Assembly (NCBI GenBank): GCA_016124845.1
Contig: WGMW01000004.1
Coordinates: 4,242-68,241 of the forward strand
Reading direction: 5' to 3'
Length of the DNA: 64,000 nucleotides
Source: Flavobacteriales bacterium
GTDB lineage: Bacteria; Bacteroidota; Bacteroidia; UBA10329
Position 1 is the first letter of the stretch, and the number at the start of each line of letters is the position of its first letter. This document shows, in pieces, positions 49,759-56,804 of this stretch. The notes beneath the pieces are model-generated. The model had not been told where the DNA came from. It made no database searches and saw nothing but the letters and a program-made list of their open reading frames with translations. Both the position numbers and the translations under genes were made by a program.

Positions 49759-51474
49759 CTACATTTTCTCCGCCCACTCCAAACCATCAGGCAATTCGGA
49801 GGACGAAAACTCCAAGTGCAGCACCCTTCTCGGTTTCTGTTTCGCTGAGCGATTGGAAGAGTGAAGCAACAACGGCTTCATCAGCAACACGCCTCCTGCC
49901 GAAATTTCGCAATCGTACGGAATGCTGTTTTCTGTGATGGTTTTTATCTCATCCGTTGATAGAATTTTATTGTGACTTCCCGGCATTACGCGCAAACATC
50001 CATTCTCCCGGTCCGCATCATCTAAATGAACTCGAATGGTGAAGACGTTGCGATTGATCTCGACCGGTGGCAGCACGCTGATGACATCATCGCGCTCGGC
50101 CCAGCCAGTGAATCCTTCAACCTCCGCTTTTTGCTTCACATGAATGGTTCTATCCTGATGCCAACCTACCGACCAATTGGCACTCGGTTGCTTGTTCATG
50201 TAAATGGCTTTTACCAAAAACGCCTTCGGGTCGACAGACGATACCACGCGCTGCAAATTCTTGTTGAACAACATCGGCTTGAGCTCAGGAATGGCCTCGA
50301 GCAAGCCCCGCTTCACATAATTCTGATTGCTCTCCGCGTCAAACGCCTTTTCCAACAATCGGTTCATCTGCTTGATGGCGCGCTGGGAATACACATGATT
50401 CAGAATTCCGAAACCCTTGTGTTTCATCTTTCGCGAAGCACTGATCAACCCCTTTTCATTCAGATCGGTATTATAGAGGTCAATAGCCCCTTCCAATCTA
50501 TCGCGTATGCTTCTTTTGAGTCGCTCCGGTTTAATGACCATCAAGCCATCTCCAAAGGCCAAAAGTTCTTTCTCCAACTCAAAATTGTGCTGAACATGAA
50601 TTCTGAATGTCATGCCGTAATGGTCTCTCTCCAGCAGCTGTTGTGACCAGTGCAACGGTTTCGTCATCACGTATGGCGCATGCGTGTGATTCACGAAAAA
50701 ATCAACCTCCATCGGCTTTAAAGATGGACTGACCGAAACCCCGATCGCATCTCTGAAATAATCTTCGGCATTGAAATCAGGCCTATCCCAATAGACAGCA
50801 TCTGAATACTCGATCTGAATTATTCTGTCCAAGGCTGGAGTCATAAGTTGCGCCTGTCTGCCCTTGGCTCCGATGAGAAACCAACGGTTTCGGAACTCCT
50901 TCAACAGATACGGATGAAACTCGAATGTCTGCGGATGACGTGCCTTGAATGATTGGTACGTAAGCCGAATGACGTGCTTTTTGATGATGGCCTGATACAG
51001 CGGCTCCAAGAAATCCAACCCTTTCAGGTTCTCATTCTTTTCCATATCGATCACCGGTTTCTGATGCGTTTTCTGCGCGTAAACGTGGTCTTCGAGCTTC
51101 TGCACCATCGCATCCAATTCCTTGAAGTGCGAAAACCCTTTGAACTCCTTCAGAAACTCCACGGTCTCCATCAAACGACCAAGGTCTTGGTCAGTAATTG
51201 GAATGTTGGTGATACTGTAATCGCGGTCTTCGTAGGTGTAATACTTCTTATCGGTGACAACAATGGGCGCATTGTACCCCAACTTATCGCTGCGCATCAT
51301 CTGAATATCACCCTGCACCGTTCTCCGGCTCACGCCTTTGTCAATGCCTTCATATTCATACAACGCATCCGAAACGGCATCAATCAGATCTTCCAATGTC
51401 CATTGGCGATAATGGTTCTGCAAACACTTATCAATGGTCTTGTAGCGAATAAGCGCGTTCCGATTTACAGGCAT
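49759..51474 (-). CDS. WYL-domain transcriptional regulator fused to a PhyH-like Fe(II)/2OG dioxygenase domain
   Basis: wHTH (VSRRTVQGDI), WYL (HPYLLKEFRNRWFLIG, ALDRI), then WHQD...RVMPGSH...LLHSS...RRVLHLE in one frame. Confidence 0.88.
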   Translation of the reverse strand: MPVNRNALIRYKTIDKCLQNHYRQWTLEDLIDAVSDALYEYEGIDKGVSRRTVQGDIQMMRSDKLGYNAPIVVTDKKYYTYEDRDYSITNIPITDQDLGRLMETVEFLKEFKGFSHFKELDAMVQKLEDHVYAQKTHQKPVIDMEKNENLKGLDFLEPLYQAIIKKHVIRLTYQSFKARHPQTFEFHPYLLKEFRNRWFLIGAKGRQAQLMTPALDRIIQIEYSDAVYWDRPDFNAEDYFRDAIGVSVSPSLKPMEVDFFVNHTHAPYVMTKPLHWSQQLLERDHYGMTFRIHVQHNFELEKELLAFGDGLMVIKPERLKRSIRDRLEGAIDLYNTDLNEKGLISASRKMKHKGFGILNHVYSQRAIKQMNRLLEKAFDAESNQNYVKRGLLEAIPELKPMLFNKNLQRVVSSVDPKAFLVKAIYMNKQPSANWSVGWHQDRTIHVKQKAEVEGFTGWAERDDVISVLPPVEINRNVFTIRVHLDDADRENGCLRVMPGSHNKILSTDEIKTITENSIPYDCEISAGGVLLMKPLLLHSSNRSAKQKPRRVLHLEFSSSELPDGLEWAEKM

Positions 51475-51495
51475 TTTGAACTTAATTTTTGAAAA

Positions 51496-51551
51496 AGTAG
51501 AAATTATTTTCTACTGCGCAAAAAGACTGCGCAGTGGGTCAGAAATCTTTG
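51496..51551. promoter_or_regulatory. candidate WYL operator and divergent promoter region
   Basis: ACTGCGCA-N7-TGCGCAGT (51513-51535), AGTAGAAA-N4-TTTCTACT (51496-51515), near-consensus AATCTTTG (51544-51551). Confidence 0.6.
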
Positions 51552-51615
51552 TCCAGTTCATTGAAATAAGGCCCTGGCGCAGAAGAGTGAAGAGGTTGCG
51601 TCAGGGCCACATTAA

Positions 51616-51691
51616 GGAGCAGTGGCAGAGATGGTCAATGCGTCCCGCTGAAAACGGGAAGATAGAGGTTCAATTCCTTTCTACTCCACCA
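51616..51691 (+). tRNA. tRNA-Phe(GAA)
   Basis: cloverleaf with TCCCG-CTGAAAA-CGGGA arm, one C:A mismatch in the acceptor, encoded CCA. Confidence 0.85.
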
Positions 51692-51695
51692 AATT

Positions 51696-51777
51696 GGGAA
51701 TGCGCCAGCGTTGGAGAGCTGGGCCGGACTGTAAATCCGGTGTGCAAACTGAATAGGTTCGAATCCTTTCATTCCCA
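51696..51777 (+). tRNA. tRNA-Tyr(GTA), atypical
   Basis: GGGAATG/CATTCCC acceptor, CCGGA-CTGTAAA-TCCGG arm, 5-bp D stem, C at position 8, no encoded CCA. Confidence 0.8.
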
Positions 51778-51796
51778 CGGTTCTTTGAAAATATTG

Positions 51797-52389
51797 TGCT
51801 TAGCACGCAAGGCCTTTCCCCGAAAGGGAAAGACGGAAAGCAACAGAAGTGACGGCCCGGGCACGGGTTTCTGTATGGCTCTGCAGTCTGATTCCAGTTG
51901 GAAGTTCAGATACTGCCCGATCCAATGTCCGTTTTCCGCCACGTTGTTGATGGGGGTTCGAATCCCTCATTCCGAAATACGGAATTAGTTCAATGGTAGA
52001 ATGGCAACTCCAAAAGCGCAGGTTCGAATCCTGCCACCGAGAGATCGGTGTAGCTCAGCTGGCCAGAGCACTGGACGTTTAATCCAGGTTGAGATAGACT
52101 CATAATCTATCATCGAGAAGCGGTCACTTCTAAAAATGACCACCCGAGAAGATCGTGCTGAGTTGGTCGGTTCCGAAACTGCTTGCAGTTGACGAACAGT
52201 CTGAAAAAGGCTCTGAAGCTTCAGGATACCGCTTGAGGAATTCAGGCCACTTTCTGTTGAGGGAGATGAATGGAGAATGCGAAATGTCGCGTTCAAAAAT
52301 CCATCCGAATCTGTAGAAACTGGTCCGAATGCAACATGCTCAATGCAGCTTCCGCCTTTGCCAGATGATCGGCTCAGCAAGGTCTTCTC
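51797..52389 (+). ncRNA. candidate large structured ncRNA with two circularly permuted tRNA-like modules
   Basis: near-continuous hand-identified helices; T-arm/capped acceptor/D-arm modules at 51943-52008 and 52018-52087; long closing helix 52146-52169/52366-52389. Boundaries inferred. Confidence 0.7.
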
Positions 52390-52429
52390 TTTTAAGAGAA
52401 ATATGAATGATGAATAAATAATAGAAACG

Positions 52430-53521
52430 ATGAAACGAGTAAGAATTAACATCGGAAAAGTTGGTTTGGTATTCAGGTATGGCGATTTCACACGCGTTAT
52501 TACCGAAGGTGTACATTGGATCGGTCTGTTTGACGAGGTCAAACTTTACGACCAGACCCAGCCTTTCTACTCCACCATCAACCTGAACATTCTTTTGCGA
52601 AACACCGAACTGGTCAGCATGCTTGAAGTGGTGGAAGTGAAAGAATCGCAGATAGCACTTCAGTTTGAGAAGGACGTTTTCAAAGGTGTGCTTACCGCAG
52701 GTTCGTACGCTTTCTGGAAAGGCGTGATCGATCATCGTTTTCAGTTGATCGACCTCTCGAACTACGAAATCGCAGCGGATGTTGAGAAAGACATCTTGAC
52801 CAAACCTGAAGTATTGCGTTACGTGAGGGTTTTTGTGGTCGAGTCGTTTGAGAAAGGTCTGATGTTCGTGAATGGTGAGTTCAAGAAAGAAATGAAGGCG
52901 GGTGTGTACTACTTCTGGAAGAACACCGATGCCATCAGCTTTCAGAAAGTTGATCTGCGACAGCAGCAAATGGAGATCCCAGGTCAGGAAATTCTGACCA
53001 AGGACAAGGCTGCCTTGCGAGTGAACTTCAACGTGAAGTACAAGGTGACCGATGCACAGAAGGCGCTTGTTGAGAACAAGGACTTCGAGAAGCAACTGTA
53101 CGTAGCCGTGCAAATGGCATTGCGTGAATTTGTTGGAGGCCTGGATCTGGACGAGCTGCTTGAACGCAAGGAATCCGTGAGCGACTTCGTGCTGAAAGAG
53201 GTGAAAGCCCGAGCGGTGGTGCTTGGTATCGAGATCGCAGATTGCGGTATCAAGGACATCATCCTGCCTGGCGAAGTGAAGGACATTATGAACCGTGTTC
53301 TCATTGCGCAGAAACAGGCACAGGCCAACATCATCACCCGAAGGGAAGAAACAGCCTCTACCAGAAGCTTGCTGAACACCGCCAAGCTGATGGAAGACAA
53401 CGAGATGCTGTACAAGCTGAAGGAGATGGAATACGTTGAGAAGATCGCGGATAAGATCAATAGTATCACCCTCTCTGGAGGTGGTCAGGTTGTCAACCAA
53501 CTGAAGGAGATCTTTACCTGA
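52430..53521 (+). CDS. SPFH/band-7 (slipin-like) protein
   Basis: repeated N-terminal beta units, GQEILTKDK, ALREFVG, IKDIILPG, RREETASTRSLLNTAKLM. Confidence 0.9.
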   Translation: MKRVRINIGKVGLVFRYGDFTRVITEGVHWIGLFDEVKLYDQTQPFYSTINLNILLRNTELVSMLEVVEVKESQIALQFEKDVFKGVLTAGSYAFWKGVIDHRFQLIDLSNYEIAADVEKDILTKPEVLRYVRVFVVESFEKGLMFVNGEFKKEMKAGVYYFWKNTDAISFQKVDLRQQQMEIPGQEILTKDKAALRVNFNVKYKVTDAQKALVENKDFEKQLYVAVQMALREFVGGLDLDELLERKESVSDFVLKEVKARAVVLGIEIADCGIKDIILPGEVKDIMNRVLIAQKQAQANIITRREETASTRSLLNTAKLMEDNEMLYKLKEMEYVEKIADKINSITLSGGGQVVNQLKEIFT

Positions 53522-53534
53522 TCTCCTTCACCAT

Positions 53535-53611
53535 GGTGCCGTAGCTCAATTGGCCAGAGCACCCGACTGTCTCTCGGGCGGTTGAGGGTTCGAGTCCCTT
53601 CGGCACCGCCA
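53535..53611 (+). tRNA. tRNA-Asp(GTC)
   Basis: GGTGCCG/CGGCACC acceptor, CCCGA-CTGTCTC-TCGGG arm (T at 37), G discriminator, encoded CCA. Confidence 0.9.
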
Positions 53612-53613
53612 AT

Positions 53614-53686
53614 CAATCCATAGGTTCAATCGGTAGACTATCCGACTTTTAATCGGAGGGTGCAGGTTCGAATCCTGCTGGGTTGA
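53614..53686 (+). tRNA. tRNA-Lys(TTT)
   Basis: CAATCCA/TGGGTTG acceptor, TCCGA-CTTTTAA-TCGGA arm, GCAGG-TTCGAAT-CCTGC T arm, no encoded CCA. Confidence 0.85.
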
Positions 53687-53771
53687 CAAAAGCCGTAATC
53701 CTGCCGTATCGACCAAATTGGTTGAATCCTACATGAATCGCATAAGATTGAGACTATTTACTTTGCGGTCG

Positions 53772-54479
53772 ATGAGCGCAGCGGTTCAACTTGATGCAGA
53801 AAAGATCATTGCAACGATCGATCGGCTTGAAAAGCGGATAGCAGACCGATTTCCTGATTCGGGTCTGAGGAAGATCTGTGGGGAATTTCTGGAGATTGCC
53901 AGTCACAGCAAACAGAATATCGAATGGATAGGTGCTCCGAATATTCCGCTTCGCCTGTTTTCTGCCATGGCCATTCTCATTGGCCTGAGCGGATTGATCT
54001 ACAGCATCACTTATATCGACCTGCGAATTGACAACACCACCTTGGGGAACATGGTAACGATCTCTGAGGCCGTATTCAACGACCTTGTTCTTATCGGTGC
54101 GGCCGTCTTCTTCGTTGTGAGTATCGAGTCGCGGGTCAAACGCAACCGCGCACTCAAATCGTTGAATGAACTGCGTGTGATCGCCCATGTGATCGACATG
54201 CTTCAGCTGACAAAGGACCCGAACCATTCCATGACCGGACGCGAAGACACGGTCAATTCACCGAAACGCACATTGTCGAAAGTGGAGCTGCAACGCTATC
54301 TCGATTATTGCTCTGAGGCAACTGCGCTCATTGCCAAGGTGGCCGCTCTGTATTCGCAGAGTTTGCCGGATGAAGTGGTGGTTGGCGCGGTCAATGAGAT
54401 CGAGGTGCTCAGCACAGGATTGAGCCGTAAGATCTGGCAGAAGATCATCATTCTGAACACACGCCAGACCGAAGTGTGA
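53772..54479 (+). CDS. hypothetical 2-TM protein
   Basis: two central hydrophobic helices; long ORF with host-like composition. Start uncertain. Confidence 0.75.
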   Translation: MSAAVQLDAEKIIATIDRLEKRIADRFPDSGLRKICGEFLEIASHSKQNIEWIGAPNIPLRLFSAMAILIGLSGLIYSITYIDLRIDNTTLGNMVTISEAVFNDLVLIGAAVFFVVSIESRVKRNRALKSLNELRVIAHVIDMLQLTKDPNHSMTGREDTVNSPKRTLSKVELQRYLDYCSEATALIAKVAALYSQSLPDEVVVGAVNEIEVLSTGLSRKIWQKIIILNTRQTEV

Positions 54480-54500
54480 GAATCATTTTATATTGAGCGC

Positions 54501-55316
54501 ATGAAAGCATACGAGAACAATCTGGATGTTTTCGCTTCCGTTTTCAAGCGATCGCTGAAACATCATTTCAGGTTTGAGGGATTGAAACTGAATAAAATGA
54601 TGGTGGTGGCAGATGAAAAGCAATTGGATCAATTGGACGCATTTGCCGAAACGTATTGCGATGCGCGACCACAGTTCGTTTATGATGAACAATTCGATTG
54701 GAACCGGCTGAAAAACTTCATCGGTCAGGAGAAACCAGATGTCATTCTTATTCAGCGTTTTCTCGGAATCCATGCGGAAGGATTGCGGTTCAGTATCGGC
54801 CCGATACTGGAAAGCATTACGCAGGAACTGAACATTCCTGTGCTGATTCTTCCCAAGGACCGTTCGGAGTTCAGGATCCGGACCATCGGCATTGGCTTCG
54901 ACCACCAGATAGACAACAGCAATTTGGTGAACAGGGCCTTGCTGATGAGCAAATTTGCCACCGCGCTGCAACTCATTCACATCGAAGATGAAAGCATCTT
55001 CAACTATTACATGGATGCCATTGCCAAAATACCGGGCATCAACACGGAGTATGCTTCCAAGAATATCAGAGAGACCATTCTTGACCTTTCTGGCGATTTC
55101 TTTTCGGATGTGAAGGAAAAGTTGGCAACCGAAAACCTGCAGGTCACCGCCCGCTGCTCTTTCGGAAATGTGGCCGCAACGTATGATCGGTTGGTGTCTG
55201 AGAACAACATCGACCTGCTTGTTTTTGAGGCCGAGGACGATTCGAAACTTGCCATGCACAGCTTGGGACAGTCACTTACCATTCAATTTCCAGAAAAAGC
55301 CGTACTGCTGGTATGA
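54501..55316 (+). CDS. universal-stress-protein-like (tandem USP fold)
   Basis: LNIPVLILP, IGIGFD, LQLIHI, IDLLVF, terminal AVLLV pattern. Confidence 0.65.
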   Translation: MKAYENNLDVFASVFKRSLKHHFRFEGLKLNKMMVVADEKQLDQLDAFAETYCDARPQFVYDEQFDWNRLKNFIGQEKPDVILIQRFLGIHAEGLRFSIGPILESITQELNIPVLILPKDRSEFRIRTIGIGFDHQIDNSNLVNRALLMSKFATALQLIHIEDESIFNYYMDAIAKIPGINTEYASKNIRETILDLSGDFFSDVKEKLATENLQVTARCSFGNVAATYDRLVSENNIDLLVFEAEDDSKLAMHSLGQSLTIQFPEKAVLLV

Positions 55317-56686
55317 TGCTGAGTGCTGAAATAACCCACGTTTCTACAGGTGTTACCTTGATCTTCCTCGGTCTTCTGGTCCTGATGATCCTTGCGTTGG
55401 CCTTGGAAACCAAACTGCATGCACACAAATCGGTGATAACGGGTGTTACCGCTGGCATTGCGTTGCTGTTGGGCCAGTCGCTCGGAATCTTTGACGGGGT
55501 TGAAGCGCATAGCGGTCACATGAAATTCTATGTGGAGTTCATCGATTGGGGCGTGATCGCCATCATTCTCGGTTCAAGCATCTTCATCGATATCACTTCA
55601 AAAAGCGGCATCTTCTCGTGGTTGGCCATCAAACTCACCAAAATGACCAAGGGCGACCCGTTCCGATTATTGGTCTATTATTCTTTTCTCACGGTGGTGT
55701 TTTCAGCTTTGCTGAACAACGTAACGGCCATGCTCATTATCGGTTCGCTTACCGTGGTATCGCTTACCAACCTGAGGCGAAAGGACCTACTTCTCGGTTT
55801 TTTGCTTTGCGAAGGACTTCTGACCAACGTTGGAGGACTGCTTACGCTTATCAGTTCGGTTCCCAACATTATTGTGGGGAACACCGCTGGCATTTCGTTC
55901 GTCACATTTTTCATGATCTCTGCACCGTATGTGCTGTTGGCAACGGTTGCCACCATTCTTTTGGCCAGTAGACTTTTCGGTATCAACCGCCTAAAAACGG
56001 AAAAGGAGAAGAATGAAGCTGAGAAGCTGATCAACGATTTTGACGAGAAGGAAGGCGTTGATTCGGAATCGTTTTTCATTATCGGCTGGATCGCATTCCT
56101 GTCGTTCATCCTCGTGCTTGCCACTACCGATATCATTCCCTACATCAACCAGCTTGGAATCGGTTTCGTGGCCATGGCCTTTGGAGTGATGATGTTGCTG
56201 AAGGTGAAGAACCGAACGGAGGCCACATATCAGGTTTTGGACTGGGACCTGCTGTTCTTCTTTGCATTTCTGTTCGTGGTCATTGGTGCCATGGAACACG
56301 CACAGGTTCTTGGACTTATCGGTGGCTTTGTGGTGAAACTGATGTCGCTGGGAGATGTGGGAGGCCCACTTGCGTTGCTTTGGGCAAGCGCGCTTGCAAG
56401 TTCGGTCACCGATAATATTCCGCTTGCGGCCATGCTGGCCAAAACCATGTCATCGCTACCCGAATTTGCGCAGGGTTTCTGGTGGTCGGTGATCTACGGT
56501 GCAAATCTTGGCGGAAATATCACACCTATAGGTAGTGCATCAACCGTGGTGGCGGTCACCATCATCCAAAAAAACAACTTGAACCTTTCTTTTGTGGGCT
56601 TCATAGTAAAGGCCGTTCCATTTGCGCTGGTGCAACTTTTTCTTGCCAGCGTTTACGTCTATCTTATTGGAATTCAGGTGGGATAG
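55313..56686 (+). CDS. ArsB/NhaD (IT superfamily) permease
   Basis: FSALLNNVTAML, NVGGLLTLISSVPN, SSVTDNIP, GANLGGNITPIGSAS. Confidence 0.88.
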   Translation: MMLSAEITHVSTGVTLIFLGLLVLMILALALETKLHAHKSVITGVTAGIALLLGQSLGIFDGVEAHSGHMKFYVEFIDWGVIAIILGSSIFIDITSKSGIFSWLAIKLTKMTKGDPFRLLVYYSFLTVVFSALLNNVTAMLIIGSLTVVSLTNLRRKDLLLGFLLCEGLLTNVGGLLTLISSVPNIIVGNTAGISFVTFFMISAPYVLLATVATILLASRLFGINRLKTEKEKNEAEKLINDFDEKEGVDSESFFIIGWIAFLSFILVLATTDIIPYINQLGIGFVAMAFGVMMLLKVKNRTEATYQVLDWDLLFFFAFLFVVIGAMEHAQVLGLIGGFVVKLMSLGDVGGPLALLWASALASSVTDNIPLAAMLAKTMSSLPEFAQGFWWSVIYGANLGGNITPIGSASTVVAVTIIQKNNLNLSFVGFIVKAVPFALVQLFLASVYVYLIGIQVG

Positions 56687-56804
56687 AGGTGTTACAACAA
56701 AGCAAACGGAAATAATAACCGTATTGTCACAGACCTATCGTACCACTTTACCTCCAATCCATTAGATTTGGACAACAAACAATCGCAAAATCAAAACATA
56801 GGAC

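Noticed and set aside
51980-52040. Conventional tRNA-Trp(CCA) read from CGGAAT through the second T arm
   Set aside because: The acceptor strands do not pair beyond three bases and the anticodon stem has no 3' strand. The permuted reading gives two perfect 6-bp stems.
52320-52364. CTGGTCCGA resembling the Ro60-binding strand of animal Y RNAs
   Set aside because: A short match noticed after the fact, with an imperfect partner strand and no Ro60/TROVE gene in the window.
51797-52389. Assignment to tmRNA, RNase P RNA, GOLLD, ROOL or a self-splicing intron
   Set aside because: No alanyl acceptor end or tag frame, no RNase P or intron core motifs that I can recognise, and I cannot match GOLLD/ROOL by eye. 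A covariance-model search is needed, so it is left unnamed.
51476-52542. ORFs 51476-51988 (+) and 51985-52542 (-) as proteins
   Set aside because: They run across tRNAs and structured RNA and have no recognisable protein features.
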